64,000 nucleotides of DNA from Octopus sinensis. Taxonomy: Eukaryota. Of this stretch, positions 1 to 13,103 are shown piece by piece; the stretch's first letter is position 1, and each line of letters opens with the position of its first letter. Below the pieces are notes generated by a model that ran no database searches, was not told the DNA's origin, and saw nothing but the letters and a program-made list of their open reading frames with translations. The stretch covers positions 10,230,001-10,294,000 of the forward strand of contig NC_042997.1 of assembly GCF_006345805.1 (NCBI RefSeq), in the 5' to 3' direction. A program made the translations under genes and the position numbers.

Positions 1-75
1 AGGACTGCCTTCGCTCACGATGTCTTAAAAGCTCCCGGTGAGTGATAGCACTAAATTTGAGATGTAATGGTTAGT

Positions 76-415
76 TATTGAGACCTCCTTCGGTCATGAC
101 TGACCATGGGATTGCACCTAGAAAGTTACCCTCCCAGGTACAAGTCCGTGCAAGGTTGTTTATGGAAGACCAACAGTCTACCATGCACACCGGCTTCCCC
201 TTTCCACGCCACCGATGTTATCTAAGGGAAAGGCAAAGGCCGATACAGCTTGGCACCTGTGACGTCGCAACTCATTTCTACAGCTGAGTGAACTGAAGCA
301 ACGTGAAATAAAGTGTCTTGCTCAAGAACACAACACACAGCCCGGTCCGGGATTCGAACTTATAAACTCACGATCGTAAGCTCGACGCTCTATCCATTGA
401 GCCATGCGCCTTCAC
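76..415 (-). mobile_element. tRNA-derived CORE-type SINE, family A
   Basis: Minus strand starts GTGAAGGCGCATGGCTCAATGG (A box) and GTTCGAATCCC (B box), followed by CORE-like GTGTTCTTGAGCAAGACACTTTATTTCAC. TSD AATGGTTAGT at 66-75 and 416-425. Homologous copies at 15742 and 29976. Confidence 0.9.
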
Positions 416-1780
416 AATGGTTAGTAGGTTAGTATTTAATGGTAACATTTGAGAACGAGGTAATTTCTCGAGTTCAGTAAATGAGAAAAGGTACAATTGA
501 CAAAGCATTTAGAGTAAGCCAAGTAATTAGGTTCTACTAAGTGTCACTCAAGTAAGGAAATGCGAGAGATATCAAGAAAGAATACTAGAATCATAAAGTT
601 ATACATCAATCACATGTATATTTTGTCATCAAATTACTAAATGGAATCAAGTTATAAAGACAACAGTTTTTCGGATAATTTAAATATTCCTATGGAATTT
701 ATGCATGCCTAGCAGAAGTTGTGTGCTTTTCTGAGGATGCTAAATACTCGAAAGTCATTCATACGGCGATGTTTTAAGTAATGAAGTAATGTTTCATCAG
801 ATATTCCCCCAAGTTTGCTAGTTTTGTCTTCGATTTACCACTATTTTATTTAAAATTATCCGGTATTGCGTATAATGTGGTTTATTGAATCTGATTCTCT
901 CATTTACGCTCATTTACTCTTTTGAAATTTGATGGCTGTTTCATTACTTATTTCCTAAGCTTTATATTAGACAATCGCAAAATAATTCATCTCAGTAAGG
1001 ACTTTTCGCTAGATACGTAAGTCACAGCGATGCACGCATGTCAAATCGAGCAGTGCATATCGATTTAATGACTTTCTGTTGGCTGTGGATGGAAGGACGA
1101 ATTGTAAGTCGAATGCAACGTCATTTCACTATAAGGGTTTTGTTTGTTCACTGAGCTTAATATATAACGCAGTTACATTGGTTGCTTATATTCAATTAAG
1201 ATGATATTTAAGTAGTTTTATATTCGCTAAATATATGATAAAATGAAGCGTTGAAAAGAATAGTGTGTAATAGCCACAGGATTAGGGTGAAATTTATACA
1301 TTTGGTTAATGAGTTGGGCTTTGAGTAAGACTCGATAAGCATTTTGTGTTCTTGCAGAAGTAGAACAATAATAAGTCGCAATGCTGGTTTATTCTTCAAG
1401 TATGTCTACTTCATATCTAGTTCATTTCCTAGAAATTGCCAATCTGTTGTGTTGGATGAGAAGTTATGTGTCTTTTATAATCACTGCATACTATACTTGG
1501 AATACTAAATATTTGATCATTTGTTACAAGACAATACACTCCAACACCCATCCTCCTAATGGTTACATTGATTCCAACCTTGAAACATGCAGCTAAATAG
1601 AATTTATTCTGTAAACAGAAAATTAAGCTCTATGTTGAGAAAAGTTCATTTCTTCTTAAGGTTAGAGGCCGAGTACTGCTTCACCAGAACAAAGAGAACA
1701 AGCTATTTACAAAATGAATGAAAACAAGCTGTGTCTTAGGAATGAGTAAGAAATATTTCAATACGACGTTATTGTAACTA

Positions 1781-1788
1781 TAATAATA

Positions 1789-1848
<60 letters not shown>

Positions 1849-2091
1849 AATTATTGTATACAGTGCTCAGGGGCACCACAACTTGTCAAAAGTGCGTATA
1901 AAGCATATGCTGGGAAGTGAACAGTGTATGAGTTAGATACATGCTTGCGCGTGTATGGAGGGGAGAAAATCAGGTGTAGTGTTGGCGAATCTCTGGAAAC
2001 ATGGAAGTTTTGAAGGATGCAGTGCTCCGACAACTAACAACTGATGCCGGCAGTTTGTTCCATACTTCAGCAACTCTAGCGTGAAAAAATG
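1781..2091 (-). mobile_element. CR1-like LINE 3' end with (TTA)n tail
   Basis: Minus strand translates roughly as FFTLRVAEVWNKLPASVVSCRSTASFKTSMFPEIRQHYT, the typical CR1/L2 ORF2 C-terminus. 3' UTR and (TAA)n follow at 1781-1846. Second copy at 51361. Confidence 0.8.
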
Positions 2092-3677
2092 TTAATCACC
2101 CAAATTTTCACAGAAAATTCCAAACTGTTTAACAGCACTTCTGGTTAGAAAAAGAGACGTTAAATGATTTTCTGTTGCTTGAAACATTTCACCAAACACC
2201 AGTTCTTGCAGCTAAAGCAGTCTACACAGTTCCTACACCTCCGACATTACTTAAATCTCTAAGCAATTTCCCAACGCATCAGAGAATTTAACAGATTAAT
2301 ACCTCATAATGTTTTGAATCTTTAAGAGGCGATGGCAACTGTTAGAACTTCCTATTTCTAGTATCTGGGCGGATGAATTATGTATTTTGATTCGAACTCT
2401 ACAAGTTGATTGTTCTTTGACTTTAATCTGTTATCTACAGTGCGTGCTCCATGCATTTAGTCCATCATTCAAACTGATGTGTGTGCTTGTGTGAGTGTGT
2501 GTATGTGTGTGTGTGTGTACGTGTGTGTGTGTGTGTGTGTGTGTGGTGCTTTACCATTTATCAATTTTATGATATGCTTTACCTACAATTGACGCAAATA
2601 CATAGTAAACTGTTGCGAAAGAAGAGTATTAATACTATTGTCCAAATGATTTAATTATCACCATCATAAACAGTGCATCTGCTGCTTTTCGTTTCTTGTT
2701 CACTAGGAATTGCCCACGTATCTTACAGGGATTTATCTTCTTTGCAGCGTTAGAGATAATATTTACCGTTAAAATTAATCAGGGAGGGTGGATTACCCTA
2801 ATTGATAGAAAGTCAGGCAAATTACCTTGCGGCGTTAGTAATGGCTCTTTGTATCCTTAATTTCGGATTATTAAAAACTAAGTTCCAGTCAAGTATTTAT
2901 ATCGATTTTATTGATTATATCTCTCCCTCAAAGTTTGTGACCTTGTGTCAACCTCAGAAATCAATATTAACAGGAATTAAACATTTTGACTTGGTTGTAA
3001 AACGCCTCCTTACTAACATCCATAAGCCGGATTCAAAAGCTGTTTCTTTCGAATGCAGTTAAATCTTTTCTTTAAATGTTCCTCAAAGTTGCGCGTAGCT
3101 TGTAGAGAATGAAACAACCCTCAAACTGAGCATTCAACATAATTAATATATGCTTATCAACTTCTAAGTAAATTCCACCACGGTAAATTCTACCACGGAA
3201 AATTCCACCAGGTAAATTTCACCATAGGGAAATTCCACCACAGTATATTCCACCATGGTAAATTCCACCCATGGACAGATTTCCAATATAAGCTACTCCC
3301 GCTAACAATCACCGTGGTCAGTTTCTCTAGACCGTGGGTCAATACCTATGTTATTTAATCTGTCTATCTCTCAAGTCTTAAGAAAAGAGAGGGAGAGTCT
3401 GAAGGTGAGATAGAAAATAATCTTTATAATCTACTTGAATTGAGATGGGATCACTTTAATGTACTCCCATTTGAGCAAGAATCTATGAAAAAGACTCATA
3501 ACAAAATTTCAAAAATTATGTTATTTTGGATAAAGAAAGAAAAGATTAAATTCTAGCACTCACCATATTCGTGTGATTGTTCCATAATTATTTTTTCTCC
3601 TTCGTATTTTTTTATTCGTAGATATTATTGATATTATTTTCTATGCATTCTTTTTTATTTCCATAATGTCGTAACCC

Positions 3678-3734
<57 letters not shown>

Positions 3735-4138
3735 GCTTCTGTTTCTGGTTTTAAATCACTTTTAGTCATCCACAGCCATCTTTTTTCTCTCTGTGTCTTA
3801 TCTTCAACATCCCTATGAAATTGACTATGCATTCTTTTCTTTACCCACTTATTTTCAGTTTCATTCGTTTTCAAATTCTTGTATAGTGCTTTACCTTAGC
3901 AATCTTTCATCCTACACAAGCCTGACTATCTTCTAATAATAGCGGTTCTGTGGCATTTTTTACATACCATGCTATGTTGTTTTCTTCTGCTCTAATGCTG
4001 TGTTCGCATCCAATAAGTCCTCTTCCCCCTCTTTTTCTTGGTACATACAGTCTGTCTGTGTCACTTTTTGGGTGAAGTGACCCAAATCTAGTTAGTAACT
4101 TCCTCGCCTCTCTGTCCAGGCTGTTTAGTTCGTCTACT
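3735..4138 (-). mobile_element. R4/Dong-like non-LTR retrotransposon, inverted 5' segment
   Basis: Minus strand reads VDELNSLDREARKLLTRFGSLHPKSDTDRLYVPRKRGGRGL ... WLWMTKSDLKPETEA, then (TAA)n at 3681-3734. HPKSDxDRLYxPRKxGGRGL is a post-RT motif of RLE-type LINEs. Confidence 0.85.
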
Positions 4139-4848
4139 GCCCAAGAGCAAGCCCTAAGAATAAACTACATAAAATACAGAATAGACAACACAGCAGAAAG
4201 TGACAAGTGCAGAATCTGTAGACAAATCGGTGAAACCGTATGGCATATTACCAGCCAATGTACGCCACTAGCCCAGAAAGAATATAAGAGACGCCACGAA
4301 AATATAGCCAAGCTTGTCCATTGGACACTTTGCAACAAATATGGACTTGACAGAGCAAAAAATTAGTACGACCACCAACCTGAAAGTATTGTCGAAAATA
4401 GAAATGCAAAGATTCTATGTGATTTTATAATTTAGTGCGACCATGAGATAGAGAATAGAAAGCTGGACATAGTCTTAATTGAGAAAGAAAACAAACTATG
4501 CTGTATCATAGACGTAACCTGCCCAGCTGACAACAAGGTATGCGATAAGAAAGAAAGAAAAGTTGAGAGATATGACAGGTTAGCTTGGGAGGTTAAGTAG
4601 TTGTGGCCGATGAAAAAGGTAGCAGCAGTACCAATAATTGTCGGAGCCCTGGGAACAGTGAGCAAAAATCTCGAGAAGCACGTGGAACAAATAAGGGATG
4701 CAATAAGAGTGGAGCACTTGCAGAAAACAGCACTGCTTGGAATCGCTCTAATACTCCGGAAAATACTCGAAAAATAAGAAGTGTTACCTTAGTTCACTGG
4801 TATGGAACAGCTGACACTGTAGTACATCTCCAGAAGATTTTCAAAGGC
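4139..4848 (+). mobile_element. R4/Dong-like non-LTR retrotransposon 3' part (CCHC knuckle plus restriction-like endonuclease), degraded
   Basis: Plus strand reads AQEQALRINYIKYRID..CRICRQIGETVWHITSQC..KRRHENIAKLVHW..RKLDIVLIEKENKLCCIIDVTCP..VPIIVGALGTV..LQKTALLG with internal stops. Ends in (AAT)n at 4849-4938. Confidence 0.9.
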
Positions 4849-4899
<51 letters not shown>

Positions 4900-6289
4900 T
4901 AATAATAATGATAATAATAATAATAATAATAATAATGATGATTTTACCTATGGTGAAATTACCATGGCGGAATTTACTGTGGTGGAATTTACCTATGGTG
5001 AAATTTAACCTGGTGGAATTTTCCGTGGTGGAATTTACCGGTCACCTCTTATTTACCAGGAAAATATTATGGTACATAAAAATCAAAGCACAATTTGGAT
5101 GCGCAGTATTGGTATTGTTATGAAATATGCTTCTGGAAAGTTTTCCTAACATCTAACAAGTAGTTAGATATTATTTGGCTCCAGCTGTGCAAAACGATAC
5201 ATTTCAAGGAGAAAGAATATTATTGAATATTGTCGTTGTCTCTTAGCTTCGGTCTTCTTGCTGTTGGGAGTAGGTATCATCATGTACGGAGCTTTATTTT
5301 TTTAAAAGGTAGTTTAAGGAAGCTCTCGTCAAACTTAGAGGGATATAACTACTTTGAAAGGTAAATTCACTTTTTGGCTTACTGGCCTTTCGTAGTTAAG
5401 TAGTTAAGTGTCTTCACGGTGGATATGCTGAAGATTCAGGGATATGTCACGAGCTACTAACTATTCAACTGCTATTCAAATATTGATTCTCTTTCTGACA
5501 CATAACCACAAAATAATAGGTGAGTGGTGCTAGTTAAATATACCGTGTACTTGAGGAAGAACAAGTAAATTCCTCCTTAAAAAGATATTGAAACAGGTGC
5601 TTAAAGAATCGTTAACAAAACGTGGCAAGTCATTCACTTTAAGAATCCATTCTTCCATCATTCAACCACCTTAACAGTTATTAATTTCTTCTTACATTGA
5701 GAGGAGGACATAACATTTTAAGGGAATCACAAATAGATTAAATCGACCCGAGTTCTTTGTAGAACTATTTTACCGACGCTCTGCAGTGATTTAAACTCAG
5801 GAGTAAAAGGACATAAATATTTACTATAAGGTTTTTAACCCAGCATTCTACCATTTTAATCATTGTTATTATTTCTTCCAAAAGCGAAATGACATTTTAA
5901 ATGATTTTTAACTATAAGAACTTGCGTAGAAAATTTCCATTCCATAAGATATATGCTATTATCAGGCAAACACATCCAGTAACAATTCAACATGAATTTA
6001 TTAACCCTTAGTGATAATGCGACATTTAATCTTTATTGAGAAATAATTAAATTAGCAAATCAACAAATCTAATTTTGTACATTAATTTATCTCATTAACA
6101 ATAGCTGTCCTTTAAATTTCCAATAAAAACAGGCAATTATATGTATATAAATTTCAAGCAAGGTAAAGACTTCAACAATTAGAGTAATGGTGATTCTTCT
6201 TGGAAGGAAAATGTATCGTAAAATAAAACGCAGATAAATAAATAAATGTATGGATAATAAGTTAGCCTGCAAGCTTGCTAGTTAGGTAG

Positions 6290-6410
<121 letters not shown>

Positions 6411-6779
6411 CAGGGAAAGAGAGAGGGAAGGCATTTTGAAATGTTGTTTGGGTTCCTGACATGTTATTGCTGTGTTGTTGTTGTTGCTGTTGTTGTTGTT
6501 GTTTAGCACCGAATCAGCCATGACAAATCGTATGATCAATGCATTCAAACTATGATCATCTCGTCTTTGGCAATTTTCTGTAATTGTATAACCCGAATCA
6601 CATTATCCGACTCGTCCGTTAGTAAAGCAATAGGATATTAAAGAAATGAAGAGAAGATGAGAAAGAGAGGAAGAAAGATAGGGAGAGAGAGAGGGGAAAG
6701 AGAGAGAGAGAGAAGAAGGATAAGAAAAAAGGACTGCTGTTTCTGGCAGTAAGAGTGATGACCTAGAACCTACCACGTT

Positions 6780-6965
6780 AATACGGTGGCTGTTTAGGTT
6801 GTTAATATTGGGCCTCGAGTCAGCCTTGATACAGCGGATTTGTGATTAGGGATATTCCACCTGTGTCAATCCCTTCCTATTTTTAAAGCTGTTTCATTTT
6901 AAGGATTTAAAAAAAAAGTAGACTATGATTTGAGGGAGATGTAGCTGGTATTTAGTAGTAGGTAC
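6780..6965 (+). repeat. Old interspersed repeat (family I), degraded
   Basis: The motif GATTTGAGGGAGATGTAGCTG recurs reverse-complemented at about 60820-60860 and 62790-62840. The 5' part resembles 17480-17610. Confidence 0.5.
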
Positions 6966-7067
6966 TGTAATATAATCACCTTGTTTAAACTGGAGTATAT
7001 TTTCTTAATTTCATTGTTCGTGTATTAAGCTACAAAATTCTTACATTCTCTCGATTTCTTGTAATTC

Positions 7068-7545
7068 AGACCGCCTCATAGTCCCTGCAGACAAAGTAGA
7101 AAACGCGTTGCCCCGGAAGATGGTAAGGGAAATGTTCTGGAACATCCACTTTACCTTCCGAGGATCACACTTGCAGATAACTATCTCCGCACCGAGAGCA
7201 GAGATATGGTCCGGTGGTCGAGAACGCCAGAGGTCTCCACTGCCACAGGCTCGACCATAAACATATCAGAGAACGACCAACACTTTGCCAGTCTGATGAG
7301 CAGCGGAACCCGGACTGGTAGCTGAACATACCAAGTTGCTGCCGGAGAAAGTGTCGCAGCATGAAGCATCCCATATGAGAGTCCTACTCCTATGAAACGG
7401 GAAAACTGTCATACCGTTAGGCCTCTTACCATCCACTCGGTCTAGCTCCGCTGGCTCGAGCTGGGAAGGGAAGCCTAAGGTGTCTAGGCTTTGCTTTTTG
7501 ATTTTGTTAAGGACAACATAGCGTGGAAGCCAGCACTATGACGGT
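7068..7545 (-). mobile_element. CRE-clade-like non-LTR retrotransposon C-terminal endonuclease fragment
   Basis: Minus strand across frameshifts reads RHSAG..PRYVVLNKIKKQSLDTLGFPSQLEPAELDRVDGKRPNGMTVFPF..LIWDASCCDT..EPVAVETSGV..NISLTIFRGNA. This matches the CRE pattern RH..LN..LEP.GL.R.DGKRPDG..WDAT..VETLG..QRGNA. Confidence 0.8.
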
Positions 7546-8301
7546 ATGTCAATGACTGGTGGCTGATTACTTTTGTAAAAAAATATCACTTTTCAGAAAA
7601 AAAGAAATGATGGATATCAGTCAGAGAAACAGACATATAGACAGAAGATAACTGAAGTTCCTTAACTCACTGCATGAAATATGCATGACTCTGCACCATG
7701 CAAAACAGTTCACTCAAGTATTTTTCTCAGTCCTAATCTACGTTACTACATTTCTATGCATATTAACCACTTCTCTGTCTACTCAACTGTGTGGGCGTAC
7801 TTATGGGTATTTATGCGTGTGTGTGTGTGTTTGTGCGTTTTATGTACGTGCCGGTGTAGTATTGTAAACATTCGTTTGGTGTGTCGAACAAAGATACCTT
7901 GCAGTATTTCTACCTATCTTGGTTGTCACGCTTTTTATCTGGCTGTCTTTCCTTCTTGTCTCCAAAAGAGTGAGTGACGTGGATTTGAATAGCTACCAAC
8001 GAACACTAAAGTCGCTCCCCAAATCCAGGGTTTTTATAACTGCTCAACCTGACCAAGAAGAATCCTTATTCGAGCCGTTACACCAACCAATAGGAAAAGA
8101 GCGAAAATGATAATTCTTTGGCAAAGACACTACGTCATATTGCCAATTCGCGCCACATTTCAAAATGGCTAAAATGTTACTGCTACAATATCAATGTAAC
8201 AATTGCCAGCTAAAAGAGTGGTATAAGTATAATTCAATCAGATGCCTTACAGGTGGTGCCAAAGCATAGCTCTAGGTAAATAATTGAAACTAATAAAGAA
8301 T

Positions 8302-8628
8302 TTAAAGACTCCGCCGGTTACGACGACGAGGGTCCCAGCTGATACGATCAACGGAACAGCTTGCTCGTGAAATTAACGTGCAAATGGCTGAGCATTCCAC
8401 AGACACGTGTACCCTTAACGTAGTTCTCGGGGATAATCAGCGTGACACAGAGAGTGACAAGGCTGACCCTTTGAAATACAAGTACAACTCATTTTTTGCC
8501 AGCTGAGTGGACTGGAGCAACGTGAAATAAAGTGTCTTGCTCAAGGACACAACGCGTCGCCGGGAATCGAACTCACAACCTTACGATCATGAGTCGAATG
8601 CCCTAACCACTAAGCCACGCGCCCTCAC
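8302..8628 (-). mobile_element. tRNA-derived SINE family B' (CORE plus B-type tail; possibly octopus OR2)
   Basis: A/B boxes on the minus strand, a CORE segment shared with family A and a 3' half shared with family B. TSD TAATAAAGAAT at 8291-8301 and 8629-8639. The OR2 name is an inference. Confidence 0.9.
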
Positions 8629-9419
8629 TAATAAAGAATATATAAAGGGAAAAGCAGATAGAAGATTACGCGCATACAGGTTCTTCCAGTCACTACATCG
8701 GCTGACCGTACATGTGAGTGAGTGGGAAAGAAATAGATTCACTGCAGGTGGTGGAAACTTAATACAGCTTCAAACAAATTCATTTTGAAATTTACTTAGA
8801 AGTACTACTCATATATCTTTAAATCTCAATTACTTCTTTCTTTCTATTTAACACTGAGATAGTGTGGAAAACGGAGAGAAACGTAGTATTAGATTCCTGT
8901 TGGTGCTAGAGGTGCAATCTTCAAGAGCGTTTTAAAATCAGAAGCCTCTCATCCCACTAAAGACTCACGATAATTCCAATTAAAGAGCTTCCCATTTCAA
9001 TGAGCATGATAAATTATAAGTTTCCATAATTTGACCTCATCAAGTGTATAGCTGTCACGTGATTTATTTTCAAAGGTCCTTAAATGTGTTCATAACCATG
9101 GTGACTTTTAAATCGCCTGTTCCGTTCCTTATTTTACAGCGGGTATATTTCTAATACATTTAGAGGTCAAATTTCAAATCTGAGCAATATCTATATCGGT
9201 CTCTTTGACTTAAACTCCACAACGAGGCGGCAAAATTTTCCAACCTTATTTCCCCCAGAGAATTATATTATGAAGGGCTATAAATACTCCCGATAGATTT
9301 AGGAATCATAACTTTACAAATTGCAAATACTGAAAATATGAAGAAAAACAGAAAAGTAGAGAGCAGTCATATTCTCAATAGAAAATATTTGTAAGAAAAA
9401 CTGCTCCCAATATATGTAT

Positions 9420-9430
9420 AGAAAGAGACC

Positions 9431-9468
<38 letters not shown>

Positions 9469-9565
9469 TGCGCGCGTGTGTAAGAGAAAGTATAAGGATG
9501 AGAGGGCTAAATGAATGTTGATACATACTCTCTCTCTCTCTTTCTCAATATATGTATATACATAT

Positions 9566-9629
<64 letters not shown>

Positions 9630-9665
9630 TATGTATGTATTTATGTATGTATATATGTATTTATG

Positions 9666-9720
<55 letters not shown>

Positions 9721-9743
9721 GTATGTATGTGTGTGCGTATGTA

Positions 9744-9787
<44 letters not shown>

Positions 9788-9800
9788 TATGCATACATAT
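9420..9800. repeat. Compound microsatellite (GA)n/(TA)n/(TATG)n
   Basis: Direct reading. Confidence 0.95.
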
Positions 9801-9981
9801 GTACATACCACTGTGTGTACATCTATATCTATTTAACCCACTCTGCATCTTTCCTGCTCTTTTGCTTCCCTTCTCTTTCTCTCTCTCTCTCTCTCCCTCT
9901 CCCTCCGCTCGCACATGAATTTTACAAGTATCCACAAACACCCATACACACATATACGTATATATATACATTCCTATATAT

Positions 9982-10104
9982 GCATATATGTGTGTGTGTA
10001 TGCACATCCACACACGCATACATACACACATGCATACATACATACATACATACACACACATACATACATACATACATACACACATACATACATACATACA
10101 TACA

Positions 10105-10135
<31 letters not shown>

Positions 10136-10292
10136 TGATCTGTTTCTCCTGTAGTGTGTGCATATATATGTGATGTGTGTGTATGCACATCCACACACGC
10201 ATACATACACACATGCATACATACATACATACATACAAACACACACATACATACATACATGCATACATACATACATACATATATGCATACAT

Positions 10293-10325
<33 letters not shown>

Positions 10326-10748
10326 TACATACATACATACATACATACATACATACATACACATACATACATACATACATACATACATAGATACATACAT
10401 ACATACATACATACATACATACATACACACACATATTGATCTGTTTCTCCTGTAGTGTGTGCATATATATGTGTGTGTATGCACTTCCACACACGCATAC
10501 ATACACACATGCATACATACATACATACATACATACATACATACATACATACATACATACATACATACATGCATGCATACATACATACACATATACATAC
10601 ATACATACACACACATACATACATACATACATACACACACATACATACATACATGCATACATACATACATACATACATACATACATACATACATACATAC
10701 ATACATACATACACACACACCTATTGATCTGTTTCTCCTGTAGTGTGT
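9982..10748. repeat. Three-unit higher-order tandem repeat with nested (TACA)n
   Basis: Unique anchor TATTGATCTGTTTCTCCTGTAGTGTGT at about 10133, 10434 and 10722. Second anchor GTATGCAC[A/T]TCCACACACGC at about 9998, 10180 and 10477. Confidence 0.9.
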
Positions 10749-11115
10749 TGTATGTAACTATAGGTTGGCAGTTAATATGCCTTCCTTTTCTTCTTTTTTA
10801 TTCTCTTACATCTAACATACATTTTCCTACATAAATAGCAGAACAAAGGGAGTCGAAAGCTTTTATTTGGAAAATCTTTTCTGCTATTATACAATACACT
10901 TGTGTGTAATTATCTAAATATCTATGTGCTTTTATAGTTACCTTTCTGTCTATTCATCTATCTTTGCTCAAATTTACTCATCTTTTATCATTCGAAACCC
11001 CATTTTTTTTCTATCTAGTCATCATATATCATAGCCCTCATCTCTCTTACTTTCACTATCTAAAGCATCTTTCTGTCTCTCTTTACAGAGCTCTCTCTCT
11101 CTCTCTCTCTCTCCC

Positions 11116-11155
<40 letters not shown>

Positions 11156-11389
11156 CGTGTATATGTGCGTGTGACTGTGTGTATGTGTGTATGTGCGTAT
11201 GAATGTGTGTTTTTGTATGTAAATGAATATGTATATGTTTAGGTGCGTGTATGTGTAAGAGAGAGAGTGCGTGTGTATGTATATATATTCCTTTACACAC
11301 AGGCATACATACATATATGCATGTGTGTACACAAGTCTCTCTGTATGTATGTATGTAGTATGTATGTATGTAGTATGTATGTATGTATG

Positions 11390-11423
<34 letters not shown>

Positions 11424-11842
11424 TGTATGTATATGCACGCACATTTTTATCGGCGCGTGTTTGCACACGTGGTGTACATACTTCATGTACACACATTTAC
11501 GTATATACGTATTTATTCATCTATAAATGCGTCTTTGTGTCTGTGTGCGTGTGTGTTTGCGCGTGTATACGCATGCACATACACGCATGCATTGCATTTA
11601 TTTTATTTCTTTACTGCGTTTTTGACCTCACATTTGAGGATATGCAAGAGCCCTATCTGCAATATATATACATTTTGTGCTTAGAGGGTGATGGAGCTGC
11701 TACTTCTATCAATTTAACTGATCCTAAAATCTATTTGAAGAAAATGCTGTTGTTTCTTTTCTCTGTTTAGGTCGTTAATTTCTACACTGGCTAATTAGTG
11801 GAAACTGCTCAACACTAGTTGTAGCATTTACCAGAAGGTGAA

Positions 11843-12234
11843 CATAGGCGCGGGAGTGGCTGTGTGGTAAGTAGCTTGCTTACCAACTGCATGGTTCCGG
11901 GTTCAGGCCCATTGCGTGGCACCTTGGGCAAGTGTCTTCCACTATAGCCTCGGACTATAGTAGAAGAGTGGATTTGGTAGACGGAAACTGGAAGAAGACT
12001 GTCGTATATATGTATATGTCTGTATATGTTTGTGTGTTTCTACCTCCAACATTGCTTGACGACCGATGGTGGTGTGTTTACGTCCCCGTAACTTAGCAGT
12101 TCAGCAAAAGAGACTGATAGAATAAGTACTAGGCTTACAAAGAATAAGTCCTGGGGTCGATTTACTCGACTAAAGGCGGTGCTCCAGCATGGCCGCAGTC
12201 AAATGACTGAAACAATTAAAAGAGTAAAAGAGTA
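11843..12234 (+). mobile_element. SINE family C (tRNA head, CORE-like segment, internal microsatellite, GTAAAAGA tail)
   Basis: A box TGGCTGTGTGG, B box GGTTCAG, and GGCACCTTGGGCAAGTG resembling MIR CORE. Many copies in the window. Confidence 0.9.
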
Positions 12235-12818
12235 TAGGATTGAACAACTCAGCTGTTAAATATCTATCTGAATCATTTCCATCCTAAATATCGCCATTAA
12301 AGTTTTGGTAAATTGAAAATTTAGAATTTTCTCTCTTGCGTTTTATGACAATCTTAATTGATCATAAATTATTTCCAGTTCATGTCAAAATATTATAACC
12401 TCTACTTAACTCTACGTTATTCATGTAGAAGATCTTCCGAAGAGTTTTTACCTTTGTCATTATTGTCATTTCTTCAATCAGAAAATTACGCCCGTTGTGA
12501 AGTTTTGGTAGATTTATGTGAAGTGTATTTCTCTGAGAAGGTCTAATAACGCAGAAGAGTCCCCGTAGTTTTTCACCGTAGTTTCTAGTTATGAGACTTA
12601 CTACTCCTTCCAGCTTGTTGTACTGTTTCAATTAATTGTGGATCAGTTAACATTTCGGGAGTTCTGACTATTGCCTATTTTAAGATAAATTTTCAAAAGG
12701 CTAAAGGCCTTTTAATTAAGGCTATAATAAAAATTTTTCGACTCCTTCTCATCTTACGCAGAGCAATCTGCATTAAACTACATTCTTTTCATGAAAAAGT
12801 ATCTATGATAAATTTCCA

Positions 12819-12978
12819 TATAGGCGCAGGCGTGGCTGTGCCGTAAGAAGCTTTGCTTACCAGCAACATGGTTCCGGGTTCAGTTCCACTGTGTGGCATC
12901 CTGGGGAAGTGTTTTTCTAGTCCGAGCCGACCAAAGCCTTGTGATTTGATCGACAGAAACTGAAAGAAACCTGTCATG
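12819..12978 (+). mobile_element. SINE C, 5' half
   Basis: Head through GAAAGAAACCTGTC, followed by a TA/TG microsatellite. The 3' half is probably at 13930-14106. Confidence 0.8.
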
Positions 12979-13004
12979 TATATATATATATTATATATAT
13001 TATA

Positions 13005-13059
<55 letters not shown>

Positions 13060-13103
13060 GTGTGTGTGTGTGTGTTGTGTGTGTGTGTGTGTGTGTGTGT
13101 GTA

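Larger units (their letters stand above)
3168..5042. mobile_element. Foldback-like element with ~100-bp inverted arms made of 15-bp subrepeats
   Basis: Left arm 3168-3272 (units GTAAATTCCACCAC[G/A]) is the reverse complement of right arm 4941-5042, with the same order of unit variants. Confidence 0.7.

Noticed and set aside
76-415. tRNA-like sequences at SINE heads
   Set aside because: No complete cloverleaf or acceptor stem, and they continue into SINE bodies with TSDs.
960-1016. Possible 57-nt exon (FILDNRKIIHLSKDFSLD) with a GTAAGT donor
   Set aside because: Such splice-like pairs arise often by chance in AT-rich DNA. No homology recognised.
3168-3272. CRISPR-like or regularly spaced repeats
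   Set aside because: The units are contiguous with no unique spacers, the context is eukaryotic and there are no cas genes.
3641-3874. ORF with poly-Tyr (also poly-Asn and poly-Ile ORFs at 4603-5123)
   Set aside because: LINE remnant read into (TAA)n, not a gene.
9507-10720. Long ORFs (403, 264, 248 aa) of MYVC/HTYI repeats, and the many similar ORFs elsewhere
   Set aside because: They are translations of (TACA)n, (TA)n, (GT)n and (GATA)n tracts that simply lack stop codons.
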